The notes: generated by a model not told the origin, from the sequence alone. A stretch of 64,000 nt of DNA from Actinomycetes bacterium (GCA_023264975.1 JAHFUS010000001.1:61113-125112); one strand, 5' to 3'; positions 16,893-28,392 are shown, numbered from the stretch's first letter. A program made the numbers and translations.

Positions 16893-19607
16893 GTGCAGAC
16901 CCGGCTCCGAGCGAGGGTTCCCTTCGGCATTCATGTCGTAGCCACAGTCGGCGCGACCACTGTCTGGGGCGTCTACCTGGCCTTCCACCAGGGCACCGTC
17001 TCCGCCCGGCTCGTCTCCAACCTCGGGCTGATCACCGCCGCATTCGTCGCCGCCGCGTCGTGCGCAGCCACCGGGCGCCGCAGCGATGACTCGAGACGGG
17101 CGTGGTTCCTGTTCGCCGCCTCGGCTGCGTCTTGGGGGATCGGGCAGAGCACATGGACGCTCTACGAGACCGTCCTCGGCCGCACCGTCCCCTTCCCTTC
17201 CCTCGCCGACATCGGCTATCTCGGCGCCGTGCCACTCGCCGTCGCCGCCCTCTTGTCCATGCCGAGCACGGCCCGCAGCTCGGCCAACCGTCTTCGCATG
17301 GTGATCGACGGCCTGGTGACCGCCAGCTCGCTCATGGTCGTGAGTTGGGCAGTGGTGCTCGGCCCGATGGTGCACGCCGACGGCCAGAGCCTCTTTCAGC
17401 TGGTGATCAGCCTCGCCTACCCAGTGGGCGACGTGGTGCTGGTGACGATGGCCCTCGCCTACCTGTCCCGATGCCGGAGGGCAGACGGCGCGCCACAGGG
17501 GAACCTGGTCCTCATCAGCGGCGCACTGATGTCCCTCGCCGTGGCGGACAGCGGCTTCACCTACCTCACCACCAAGGGCATCTACCAGTCAGGGAACCCG
17601 ATCGACGCCGGCTGGTTCGTCGGCTTCTCCCTGCTGTTCCTCGCCTCCCGCAGCAAGCGCGACTTCCACCCCCGCTCGTCACCCGACGAGATCCCCCGCC
17701 GGGCCGCCGCAACCACGCCGTATATCGCCGTACTCGGCGCCATCGGGGCGGCCGGGGCGCTCCAGATCTTCGGCGGCAGCATCGAGGCGTTCGTCGTCTG
17801 GGACCTGGTCGTCACCATGCTGCTCCTGGTCGCCCGCCAGTACCTGTCGATCCTCGAGAACCACAGCCTGGCCCGCACGCTGGAAGAGCGGGTGCGGGTA
17901 CGGACCGACGAGGTGCGCAAGAACGAGGAGCGGTTCCGCTCACTGGTGCAGAACTCGTCGGACGTGGTGACGATCCTCGAACCCGACGGCTTCGTGCGGT
18001 ACCAGAGCGCCTCAGTGGAGCGGGTCTTCGGCTACGAGCCGGACCTGCTGACCGGCACCGCCTTCGCCGACTTGGTGCACGCCGACGACATGGACGTCTT
18101 CATCGACTCCGTCCGCCAGGCCGAGCGCCGGCCCGGCGGCACGGCCCTGGTGGAGTTCGGGCTCCTGCACCGCGACGGGCACTGGTGTCGCTCCGAGACG
18201 GCCATCACCAACCTGCTCGACGAACCGAGCGTGCGAGGCGTGGTGCTGAACACCCGGGACATCAGCGAGCGCAAGCTGCTCGAAGAGCAGCTGATGCACC
18301 AGGCGTTCCACGACCCTCTCACCGGCCTCGCCAACGCCTCACTGTTCCGCGACCGTGTCGGCCACGCACTGGCACAGCGCCACCTGCGCCGGCGGGCGGT
18401 GGCCGTCCTCTTCTGCGACCTCGACGGCTTCAAGCGGGTCAACGACAGCCTCGGCCACGCGTCCGGCGACCTGCTGCTCAAGGCGGTGGGCGAACGCCTG
18501 TCGGCGGTGGTGCGCCCTGGCGACACCGTGGCCCGCCTGGGAGGCGACGAGTTCGCCGTGCTGCTGGAGGACGTCATGTTCGAAGCCGAGGCCAACGTGG
18601 TGGCCGAGCGGCTCGGCGAGGCACTGCGGACGCCGATCGTCATCGACGGACGGGAGCTGTTCGTCAGCTTCAGCATCGGCATCGCCCTGGCCGACCCCGA
18701 GACCGAGACGATCGACAGCCTTCTGCGCAACGCCGACCTGGCCATGTACCGGGCCAAGTCCGAGGGCCTCGGCGGCTACAAGCGCTTCGAGCGCACAATG
18801 CGCAGCGCCTCCGTCGACCGCACCGGCCTGGAGAGTGACCTGCACCACGCCCTCGCCCGCAACGAGCTGTCGCTCGAGTACCAGCCCATCGTCCACCTGC
18901 AGACGGGCTGCATGGTCGGCGTCGAGGCACTGGTCCGCTGGGACCACCCCACGCGCGGCAGGGTCGCCCCGAACGAGTTCATCCCCCTGGCCGAGTGGTC
19001 GGTGCTGATCGTCGACATCGGCCGCTGGGTGCTCCAAGAGGCATGCGCCCAGATCCGCCAGTGGTCAGACCTGTGGGGCGACGCCTCGCCGTCGGTGTCG
19101 GTGAACCTCTCCGGCCGCCAGCTGCTGCACCCGGGCCTGGCCACCGACGTGGCCGTCGCCCTTCAGCTGTCCGGTGTGGAGCCGTCACAGCTCGTGCTGG
19201 AGATGACCGAGAGCGTGCTGCTCGAGCACAACGACGAGACGGTGGCCACGCTGCGCCTGCTCAAGGACCTCGGCGTGCGCCTCGCCATCGACGACTTCGG
19301 CACCGGCTATTCGTCGCTCAGCTACCTCCATCGCTTCCCGTTCGACGTCTTGAAGATCGACCGCTCGTTCGTCGAGCGGCTCTCGCTGGAGACGGCGGAG
19401 CGCAGCCTGGCGTCGGGCATCGTCCGCATGGGCGAGGGTCTGAACCTGAGGATGGTCGCCGAAGGCATCGAGGAGGCCGACCAGCTGCAGGCCCTCAGGA
19501 GCATCGGGTGCGAGCTCGGCCAGGGCTACTTCTTCTCCCGGCCCCTCCCCGCGCCCGAACTCGAGCAGTTCGCCCGCAGCCGGGCGACGGCCGAATTCTG
19601 CGCCTGA
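16893..19607 (+). CDS. Membrane sensor PAS-GGDEF-EAL protein (c-di-GMP turnover)
   Basis: About 8 N-terminal TM helices, a PAS segment (RFRSLVQNSSDVVTILEPDG..), GGDEF (RLGGDEFAVLL) and EAL (VEALVRW...DDFGTGYSSLSYL). Start is uncertain; GTG at 16893 was chosen. The upstream part of ORF 15606..19607 is antisense to the decarboxylase. Confidence 0.85.
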   Translation: MQTRLRARVPFGIHVVATVGATTVWGVYLAFHQGTVSARLVSNLGLITAAFVAAASCAATGRRSDDSRRAWFLFAASAASWGIGQSTWTLYETVLGRTVPFPSLADIGYLGAVPLAVAALLSMPSTARSSANRLRMVIDGLVTASSLMVVSWAVVLGPMVHADGQSLFQLVISLAYPVGDVVLVTMALAYLSRCRRADGAPQGNLVLISGALMSLAVADSGFTYLTTKGIYQSGNPIDAGWFVGFSLLFLASRSKRDFHPRSSPDEIPRRAAATTPYIAVLGAIGAAGALQIFGGSIEAFVVWDLVVTMLLLVARQYLSILENHSLARTLEERVRVRTDEVRKNEERFRSLVQNSSDVVTILEPDGFVRYQSASVERVFGYEPDLLTGTAFADLVHADDMDVFIDSVRQAERRPGGTALVEFGLLHRDGHWCRSETAITNLLDEPSVRGVVLNTRDISERKLLEEQLMHQAFHDPLTGLANASLFRDRVGHALAQRHLRRRAVAVLFCDLDGFKRVNDSLGHASGDLLLKAVGERLSAVVRPGDTVARLGGDEFAVLLEDVMFEAEANVVAERLGEALRTPIVIDGRELFVSFSIGIALADPETETIDSLLRNADLAMYRAKSEGLGGYKRFERTMRSASVDRTGLESDLHHALARNELSLEYQPIVHLQTGCMVGVEALVRWDHPTRGRVAPNEFIPLAEWSVLIVDIGRWVLQEACAQIRQWSDLWGDASPSVSVNLSGRQLLHPGLATDVAVALQLSGVEPSQLVLEMTESVLLEHNDETVATLRLLKDLGVRLAIDDFGTGYSSLSYLHRFPFDVLKIDRSFVERLSLETAERSLASGIVRMGEGLNLRMVAEGIEEADQLQALRSIGCELGQGYFFSRPLPAPELEQFARSRATAEFCA

Positions 19608-19638
19608 CGCCCTCTCCCGTCACAAGAACTCAACTGTC

Positions 19639-19658
19639 GTTCACGTTCGTTCACGCGG
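19639..19658 (+). promoter_or_regulatory. Direct repeat CGTTCACG x2 upstream of ppk1 (possible PHO-box-like site)
   Basis: tgtCGTTCACGTTCGTTCACGCGGG lies 40-60 nt upstream of the ppk1 ATG. It has the GTTCAC cores seen in the pstS and phoU2 sites, but with 10-nt rather than 11-nt spacing. Confidence 0.35.
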
Positions 19659-19697
19659 GGCCGGTCCAGGGCCGGACCCCCGGGACACTGGCGTACG

Positions 19698-21842
<2,145 letters not shown>

Positions 21843-21889
21843 CACCCGTCGGTTTGGGGACGAGGCCTTCCCGCGAGCAGACTTCCGCC

Positions 21890-22105
21890 ATGCCCGTGCT
21901 GCTCGTCCGGCACGCCGTCGCCCTCTCCCGCCGCTCCTGGGCCGGCAAGGACGCCGACCGCCCCCTCGACGACCGCGGCCACAACCAGGCGAGGTCTCTC
22001 GTGCCGTTGCTGGAGGCCACTGCGGTGGTGCGCGTGCTGGCCAGCCCGGCCATCCGTTGCGTGGCCACCGTGGAGCCGCTGGCCGAGCATCGAGGCCTCC
22101 AGTGA
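21890..22105 (+). CDS. Truncated histidine-phosphatase (SixA / MutT1 C-terminal-domain-like) fragment, 71 aa
   Basis: MPVLLVRHAVALSRRSWAGKDADRPLDDRGHNQARSLVPLL..VLASPAIRCVATVEPLA covers the RHx motif and the first half of the fold. The second half, which should carry the distal His, is absent. Its stop overlaps the Nudix start (GTGA). Confidence 0.45.
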   Translation: MPVLLVRHAVALSRRSWAGKDADRPLDDRGHNQARSLVPLLEATAVVRVLASPAIRCVATVEPLAEHRGLQ

Positions 22106-22527
22106 CGCGGCGCGGCGGCACGAACCGCGTCCGGGCGGCGGGCGGCGTGGTCTGGCGTGCTGCGCCGGAGGGCGACGGGGTCGAGACGGAGGTCCTCCTC
22201 GTGCACCGTCCCAAGTACGACGACTGGACACTGCCCAAAGGCAAGGCTGACGCCGACGAGTCGGACGAGGCCTGCGCCCTGCGCGAGGTCAAGGAGGAGA
22301 CGGGCCTGCGCTGCGTGCTCGGCGACCACCTGGCCGACGTCTCCTACATCGACCGCCTCGGCCGGGCCAAGGTGGCCCGGTACTGGGCCATGCGGCCCGT
22401 GGCCGGCACCTTCCGGCCCAACGCCGAGGTCGACGAGGTGCGCTGGCTCCCGATCGACGACGCCACCCACTTTCTCACTTACGAGCGTGACCGCCCCGCG
22501 GTGCGCGCCCTGAACCCGCAGGCCTGA
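22102..22527 (+). CDS. NUDIX hydrolase (MutT1-like)
   Basis: Intact Nudix box GKADADESDEACALREVKEETGL (Gx5Ex7REUxEExGU). GTG at 22102 is in frame with ORF 21685..22527. Confidence 0.8.
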   Translation: MTRRGGTNRVRAAGGVVWRAAPEGDGVETEVLLVHRPKYDDWTLPKGKADADESDEACALREVKEETGLRCVLGDHLADVSYIDRLGRAKVARYWAMRPVAGTFRPNAEVDEVRWLPIDDATHFLTYERDRPAVRALNPQA

Positions 22528-22548
22528 CCACGACCCGATGGCGAAGCG

Positions 22549-22968
22549 CTACGGCGGGATGACGATCCAGCCGCGGCGCTCCAACTCGGCGGCGAGGTGT
22601 TCGTCCGCCAGGCGGCGCAGCATCCGCTCGTCGGCGGGGAGGGGCGCACGCCCGGTAGCGGCGGCGGGCGCCTGATCGGCAGCCGGAAGCCGGACCGGTC
22701 GGACAGGGGCCCGACCGGTGGCGCGTCCGGTGGCGCGTCCGGTGGGCGCACCTGGCGGTGGCGGGCCCTCGTCGACATCGGCGTGGAGCCCGTCGATGAA
22801 CGCGTCTGCCTCATCTCGCGTGAACCTGCCTCCCGCCTGGCGCTGGGTAAATCCCATGGGGCCACGGGCGTCCCGAAAGTCGGCGTGCCCCGAGCGGCGC
22901 AGGAGGTCCAGTAGCTCCTGCACCTGCTTGGCCGTCGCCGGTGGGCCCGACTGTTGTCCGAACGCCAT
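22549..22968 (-). CDS. Hypothetical protein with internal GRAT tandem repeat
   Basis: ATG at 22968 (MAFGQQSGPPATAKQVQELLDLL...). Composition is coding-like but I recognise no family. Confidence 0.4.
   Translation of the reverse strand: MAFGQQSGPPATAKQVQELLDLLRRSGHADFRDARGPMGFTQRQAGGRFTRDEADAFIDGLHADVDEGPPPPGAPTGRATGRATGRAPVRPVRLPAADQAPAAATGRAPLPADERMLRRLADEHLAAELERRGWIVIPP
22715..22750. repeat. 12-nt tandem repeat (3 copies) inside the hypothetical CDS
   Basis: CCGGTGGCGCGT CCGGTGGCGCGT CCGGTGGGCGCA, encoding GRATGRATGRA on the minus strand. Confidence 0.8.
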
Positions 22969-23081
22969 GGCGCCAGTCTCCCCCATGGCAGTGACAGCCG
23001 GGACAATGCCGTTCCGAAGCGATCTGTACCCGGGTACCGGCATCAGATCGCTCTGGAATCAGGGATGGCGGCCTCGGAGGG

Positions 23082-24464
23082 TCAGAGGAGGTCGGCGGCC
23101 ATGGTGGCGAGGGGGCTGCGCTCGCCCTGGGTGAGGCGGATGTGGCCGAACAGGCCGCCGCCGCGCCCGCCACCGAGGGCGGCGGTGAGGACGGCCATGG
23201 CGTTGTTGTCGGCCGACAGAAAGGGGGCGTCGATCTGGCTGGTGTCGCCGGTGAACACGACCTTGGTGCCCTCGGCCGCACGCGTGAGCACCGTTTTGGC
23301 CAGGCTCGGCTCGAGGTTCTGGGCCTCGTCGAGGAGCACCCAAGTGCTGTGCAGCGAGCGGCCCCGCAGGTACGTCACCGACTCCATGGTGAGCCTCCCC
23401 TCGGCCGTGATCTGGGCGAGGGTCTCGTCGGCCGTGCTCTTGCGCCGCCCGTCGCTCATGGCGACCACGGCGTCGTGGATGGCACCCATCCACGGATCGA
23501 GCTTCTCGTCGAGGGTGCCGGGCAGGTAGCCCATGTCCTGGCGGCCCACCGCCACCACCGGCCGGAAGATCGACATGCGCTCGTAGCGCCGCGTCGACGG
23601 GTGGTTCCAGGTCTGCTCGAGGCCGGCGGCGATGGCCAGCAGCGTCTTGCCGGTGCCGGCGGGACCGTCGAGGGCGACCACGGACACCTCGGGGTCGAGC
23701 AGCAGGTCGAGGGCGAGGCGCTGCTCGATGTTGCGGGGCTTGAGGTCGAACGCCTCGTGGCTCTGGCGGAGCAGGCACAGCTGGTCGCCCTTGCGCCGGG
23801 CCAGGGCTGACTGCTGCCCCGCCCGCAGGACGGCGAACTCGTTCTCGGACACGTCAGCGGCGCCGGGCACGTCGGTGACGTCGAGGCTGCGCTCGGTGAA
23901 GAGGCGGTCGACCAGGGCGCCGTCGAGATCGGCGATGGTGCGCCAGCCGGCCGAGTCGAAGCCCCGCCCGTAGGCGGGCAGTGGCACGTACTCCTTGGCC
24001 GCCAGGCCCAGGTGGGCGGCCTTGATGCGCAGGGCGGCGTCGTTCGACACCACTTCCACGTCCCGCCCGTCGAGCCGCAGCGAGAGGGCGGCGCCGATGA
24101 TGCGGTTGTCCGGGACGGCCGGGTCGAGATAGTGCTCGCCCAGCATCGTGTTGTTCACGCCGTTGAGCACGATGGCGAGGGTGCCGCCGTGGTCGAGGGA
24201 TACCGGTTCGACGAGGGAGCCGCCGGCCGCCACCCGCAATGCCTCGATTCGGCGCAGGGCATCACGGGCGGTCCGGCCCACGCCGTCGGCGCGGGTCTTG
24301 AGGCTGTCGAGCTCCTCGATGACGGTGAGCGGCACCTTGAGGGCGCAGCCGGCGAACTCGTTGAGCGCCCCCGGCTCGGCCACGAGCACCGACGTGTCGA
24401 GGACGACGGTCTTGGTAGGCGGGACGGCTTCCGTCACAGGGACGAGGATCGACGGTGACAGCAC
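23082..24464 (-). CDS. phoH2: PhoH2-type PIN-domain / PhoH ATPase fusion
   Basis: N-terminal PIN region (TVVLDTSVLV..), then Walker A LDGPAGTGKT, and later VVFTGDTSQID, typical of PhoH. Start is uncertain (GTG at 24464 or 24437). Confidence 0.85.
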   Translation of the reverse strand: MLSPSILVPVTEAVPPTKTVVLDTSVLVAEPGALNEFAGCALKVPLTVIEELDSLKTRADGVGRTARDALRRIEALRVAAGGSLVEPVSLDHGGTLAIVLNGVNNTMLGEHYLDPAVPDNRIIGAALSLRLDGRDVEVVSNDAALRIKAAHLGLAAKEYVPLPAYGRGFDSAGWRTIADLDGALVDRLFTERSLDVTDVPGAADVSENEFAVLRAGQQSALARRKGDQLCLLRQSHEAFDLKPRNIEQRLALDLLLDPEVSVVALDGPAGTGKTLLAIAAGLEQTWNHPSTRRYERMSIFRPVVAVGRQDMGYLPGTLDEKLDPWMGAIHDAVVAMSDGRRKSTADETLAQITAEGRLTMESVTYLRGRSLHSTWVLLDEAQNLEPSLAKTVLTRAAEGTKVVFTGDTSQIDAPFLSADNNAMAVLTAALGGGRGGGLFGHIRLTQGERSPLATMAADLL

Positions 24465-24581
24465 TGGGCGGCTCCTGGCGGGTTCGGGCCGGCCCCGGGA
24501 ATGAGGGACCGACCCAGGGCGGGAACGAGCGTCATCCGTGCACAACCTTGCCAGTCCGGGCCCCTGGGGTGGTGGAGGGCG

Positions 24582-25046
24582 TCACGCCGGCCGCCCACGG
24601 CGGGCGAGCGACGCGTTGTCCCAACCGTCCTCGCCGGTCAGGTCCCGCCCGAACCATGCAGGCGGGTCGAAGGCGGCCGCCTCGGATTCCGCCGCGAACT
24701 CGACCTCGGCGGTGCACAGGCCCTCGAGCACCCCCTCGTACAGGTCGACGTCGGCAACGCGGCTGCCGGCGTCGACGCGATGGCGCACCTTCTCGATCCG
24801 CCGCCCCCCGGTGTGCGGCCACAGCGCCTCGGCCTCGTCCGTCCCGATCCCCACCTCGACCTCGGTGCGCACGAGCCCGGCTCCGGCCTTGACCGTGAGC
24901 ACGGCGGAACCCTCGGAGATCCGCACCCGCACCTGCACCGCGCCGTCCTCGGCGAGATAGCCTTGCCGCAGCCGGGTTCCCGGGCCCAGCACGTCTGCGC
25001 CGGGAATCTCGGTCACCAGGAACTTCCGCTCGATCTCGGTCGTCAC
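24582..25046 (-). CDS. CYTH-domain protein (triphosphate tunnel metalloenzyme)
   Basis: MTTEIERKFLV carries the ExExK CYTH signature. It is 154 aa with alternating beta-strand pattern. Confidence 0.8.
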   Translation of the reverse strand: MTTEIERKFLVTEIPGADVLGPGTRLRQGYLAEDGAVQVRVRISEGSAVLTVKAGAGLVRTEVEVGIGTDEAEALWPHTGGRRIEKVRHRVDAGSRVADVDLYEGVLEGLCTAEVEFAAESEAAAFDPPAWFGRDLTGEDGWDNASLARRGRPA

Positions 25047-25093
25047 GGGATCAGCATCGGTGATCTGCGGGTCGTCCGCACACCGCGCCTCTC

Positions 25094-26614
25094 ATGGACG
25101 CCACCTCCTTCACCTCCACCGAGCTCGGCGCCGCCGCCGCCATCGACGCCCTGCGCTCGGCAGGGTTCGAGATCGGCGCGCCGGAGGCGGTCGTCCGCAC
25201 GCTGCTCGATACGTTCGACGGGCGGCTGCACGCCGCCGGCCTGCGCCTCGAACTTCGCGCTGCCGCAACCACGGAGTTGGTGCTGCGCGATGGCGGTGTG
25301 GCCGGCGCCCACGTCGCCGTCGGTGGCGCGCCGCGGGTCGCCGCCGACCTGCCGGCCGGTCCGCTACGGGCAAGGCTGGCCCGGGTCCTCGACGTGCGGG
25401 CCCTGCTGGCGGTGGCCACGGTGCGCTCGCTGGCCCGCACCGCCGTGCTGCGGGACCGCACGGGCAAAGGCCGCGTCTCGGTGGTGGTGACCGAGCGACT
25501 GACCGTGGAAGGAGCAGACCCTTTGGCGTCCACGTGGGCGGCCGACGTCGAGACGCTGGCGGGCTATCCGAAGGACGCCCAACGGGCGCGCGACCTCCTG
25601 TCCTCCATAGGTCTGGCCGGCGGCGACGGCGACGTGGTCGACGCGCTGGGCATCGACCTGTCGGGCTTCAAGGGGTCGCCCACGGTGCCGCTGGCGCCCG
25701 GCACGGAGGCACTCGACGCCTTCCGGAAAGTGCTGGCCAACCTGGTCGCCGCCGTCGACGCCAACCGGCCCGGCGCCATCGACGACATCGACCCGGAGTT
25801 CCTCCACGACCTCCGGGTGGCGGTGCGGCGCACCCGCTCGGTCCTCACCGAGGGCAAGGGCGTCCTTCCGGCCGACGTGCGCAAGAAGTTCCGCACCGGG
25901 TTCGGCTGGCTGGGGGGTGCCACCGGTCCGGCTCGCGACCTCGACGTGTACGTCATCGAGTGGGGCGACTACGTGGCGCCCCTCGGCCCGGAGGGATCGG
26001 CTGCCCTGTCCCCCGTCCTCGACGACATCGTCGCCCGCCGGGCGGCCGAGCACGCGACGCTGGCGAAGACGTTGCAGTCGGCCCAGTACCGAAAACTGCT
26101 CACGGACTGGCACCGCTGGCTGGACAAGGAGCAGGTGGACCGCTCGGCCAAGGATGCCTCCCGGAGCGCCGCCGCCGTCGCCGCCGCACGAATCGCCCGG
26201 GCCCAGGCCCAGGTCCTCGACCGGGGGCGCACCATCGGCCCCGAGACCGAGGCGGAGGTGCTGCACGAGCTGCGCAAGGACGCCAAGACGCTGCGCTATC
26301 TCCTGGAGTGCCTCGGAGGCCTCTACGCGCCGGCGCCCCGCAAGGCCTTCGTGCAGCGCCTGAAGGCCCTCCAGGACAACCTGGGCGAGCACCAGGACAC
26401 CGAGGTCCACGTGGCCCAGTTGCGCGACATGTCGCGCAAGCTCCACGCGTCGGCCGGCCCCGATGCGCTCGTCGCCATAGGTCGCCTCACCGAGCACCTG
26501 GAGGGCCGGCGCCGGGCGGCGCGGGAGGAGTTCGCCGAGCGCTTCGCCGCCTACGACACCAAGCCGACGGCCCGCTCGCTCGACACCCTGCTGCGCTCAG
26601 CAGGGCAGACGTGA
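25094..26614 (+). CDS. CYTH-like plus CHAD domain protein
   Basis: The C-terminal two thirds have CHAD-type helices with conserved His/Arg patterns (FLHDLRVAVRRTRSVL, LRKDAKTLRYLLE, LQDNLGEHQDTEV). It is divergent from the CYTH gene. Confidence 0.75.
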   Translation: MDATSFTSTELGAAAAIDALRSAGFEIGAPEAVVRTLLDTFDGRLHAAGLRLELRAAATTELVLRDGGVAGAHVAVGGAPRVAADLPAGPLRARLARVLDVRALLAVATVRSLARTAVLRDRTGKGRVSVVVTERLTVEGADPLASTWAADVETLAGYPKDAQRARDLLSSIGLAGGDGDVVDALGIDLSGFKGSPTVPLAPGTEALDAFRKVLANLVAAVDANRPGAIDDIDPEFLHDLRVAVRRTRSVLTEGKGVLPADVRKKFRTGFGWLGGATGPARDLDVYVIEWGDYVAPLGPEGSAALSPVLDDIVARRAAEHATLAKTLQSAQYRKLLTDWHRWLDKEQVDRSAKDASRSAAAVAAARIARAQAQVLDRGRTIGPETEAEVLHELRKDAKTLRYLLECLGGLYAPAPRKAFVQRLKALQDNLGEHQDTEVHVAQLRDMSRKLHASAGPDALVAIGRLTEHLEGRRRAAREEFAERFAAYDTKPTARSLDTLLRSAGQT

Positions 26615-26686
26615 CGGCGGCGGGCGGGACCTCGACCCCCAGGGCTCCACACCCTTCTGGGTACGGAACCCGGGCCGAGCCGGGGA

Positions 26687-27871
26687 TCAGAGCCCGGAGC
26701 GCCACTCGAGCATCACCAGCGTGGCGTCGTCCTCCAGGTGCTCGGCCCGGTGCGCCACCACGGCGCCCGCGGTGCGGCGCAGCACCTCGGATGCCACCAG
26801 TCCCACGCCCAGGTTGCGTTCCAGCAGGTCCTTGAGCCGGTCGACGCCGAACTGGTCGCGCCGGTCGCCGGCCGGGCGGGCCTCGGTGACCCCGTCCGAG
26901 TAGAACAGCAGCGAGTCACCGGGCTCGAGCTGGCACTCGCCGATCTCCGGCTCCAGGATGCCCAGCCCGAGCGGGTAGCAGGGCGCGCAGGTGATCTCCG
27001 CCACCACCTTGGAACCGCGAGCCAGCAGGGGCGCAGGGTGCCCGGCGTTGACCCACCGGAAGCGGCCGGTGGCCGTGTCGAGCGACCCGATGTGGCCCGT
27101 GACGAAGGTGTCGCCATCGAACTCGGATGCCAGCGCGGCGTCCATGCGATGTGCGATCTCGGCCAGGCCCAGGCCCTTTCGGCGGGCGTGCCGGAAGGCG
27201 GCGAGGGCCAGGGTGCTGGCCATCGTGGCTCGGAGGCCGTGGCCCATGGCGTCGAGCATGAGGAAGCTGAGCGTCTCTCCGTCGAGCGAGTAGTCGAAGC
27301 CGTCGCCGGCCACGTCATAGGCGGGCTCCAGGAGCCCGGCGATCCCCACCTCGGGCGCCTGGAAGGCGAGGGCCGGGAGCAGCATGTCCCACTGCATCTC
27401 AGCGGCCAGGCTCATGTCACGGCGGCGCCGGCGCAGCTCCACCAGGTCGGTATAGCGGCCGGCCGTGTGCAGGAGGTGGCCGACCAGGCGGCCAAGGTCC
27501 TCGCACAGGCGGAGGATCTCGTCGTCGACGGCCGCGAAGCCGAGTTCCAGGACGCCGACGCGCTCGGCCCGCTCGACCAGCGGCGCCCACACCCGCCAGC
27601 CTTTCGGCGTCTCGGCCGATACGACCTCCTGGCGTTGGAACGCCCGCCCCGCCATGGTGCCGTCGATGGTGACGCCCTCGGGCCGCTCATCGAGCAGCTC
27701 GGTGGCGAGCGCAACGGGCTGGAGGGTGACCTGCTCGTAGTCGACGACGTAGATCACCAGGTGGTTGCCGCCGGCGTCGGCCAACGCAGCGGCGACATCG
27801 GCGGCCAGGAGATCGGGGGGCGTGAGGGTGGCGCGCTTCAGCAGGTCGCTGATGACATCGGCCCGCTCCAT
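26687..27871 (-). CDS. GAF-like sensor plus PP2C/SpoIIE-type Ser/Thr phosphatase
   Basis: AGDGFDY, LDAMGHGLRA, FVTGHIGSLD and LFYSDGVTE are typical of the RsbU/SpoIIE phosphatase domain. Confidence 0.8.
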   Translation of the reverse strand: MERADVISDLLKRATLTPPDLLAADVAAALADAGGNHLVIYVVDYEQVTLQPVALATELLDERPEGVTIDGTMAGRAFQRQEVVSAETPKGWRVWAPLVERAERVGVLELGFAAVDDEILRLCEDLGRLVGHLLHTAGRYTDLVELRRRRRDMSLAAEMQWDMLLPALAFQAPEVGIAGLLEPAYDVAGDGFDYSLDGETLSFLMLDAMGHGLRATMASTLALAAFRHARRKGLGLAEIAHRMDAALASEFDGDTFVTGHIGSLDTATGRFRWVNAGHPAPLLARGSKVVAEITCAPCYPLGLGILEPEIGECQLEPGDSLLFYSDGVTEARPAGDRRDQFGVDRLKDLLERNLGVGLVASEVLRRTAGAVVAHRAEHLEDDATLVMLEWRSGL

Positions 27872-27924
27872 CGGGGCAGCCTAGGAGGACGGGCCCGGGG
27901 ATTGCCCGACGGCCGTACAGGTGG

Positions 27925-28392
27925 TCAGCCGCCCGCGTCCGCGACCTTGCCTCCGTGCCCAATGGCCACCGCTGGCGCTCCCTCGGTGTACTCCAGCGCC
28001 TTCTCCAGGTGGACGATGGTGCCCTCCTCCGGGCGGGACTCGAACCGCACCCGGTCGACGAGCGCTCGCATCATCGCGATGCCCCGCCCGCTCTCGGCGC
28101 CGTCGTCCGACATCACCAGGGGCGCATCGACGTCGAAGCCGGACCCACGGTCGACCACTCGGATGACGCAGTCGGCTTCCCTGAGCATGAGCTCCACGTC
28201 GTACTCCTCACCCGGTCCGGAGTGGTCGAGCACGTTCGTGCACGCTTCTGTGAGGGCGACCTCGATATCGCTCACGCATTCGCCCTCCACGCCCAGCTCC
28301 CTGAGCGTCTCCCTGCAGATGTGGCGGGCCACGGCGATCGTTCGGGCATCACGCGGGAGCGACAGGCCCAGCTTGATCTCCACGCCGCTCAC
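27925..28392 (-). CDS. RsbW-like anti-sigma-factor Ser kinase (HATPase_c)
   Basis: ALTEACTNVLDHSGPG.., VVDRGSGFD and GRGIAMMRALVDRV. GTG at 28392 or 28383 with GGAGAGGAG upstream. Confidence 0.7.
   Translation of the reverse strand: MSGVEIKLGLSLPRDARTIAVARHICRETLRELGVEGECVSDIEVALTEACTNVLDHSGPGEEYDVELMLREADCVIRVVDRGSGFDVDAPLVMSDDGAESGRGIAMMRALVDRVRFESRPEEGTIVHLEKALEYTEGAPAVAIGHGGKVADAGG

Noticed and set aside
23082-24464. PIN-domain protein as a toxin-antitoxin or defence element
   Set aside because: The PIN domain is fused to a PhoH ATPase, the conserved housekeeping PhoH2 architecture. I could not identify a convincing separate antitoxin ORF upstream, and there is no mobile-element context.
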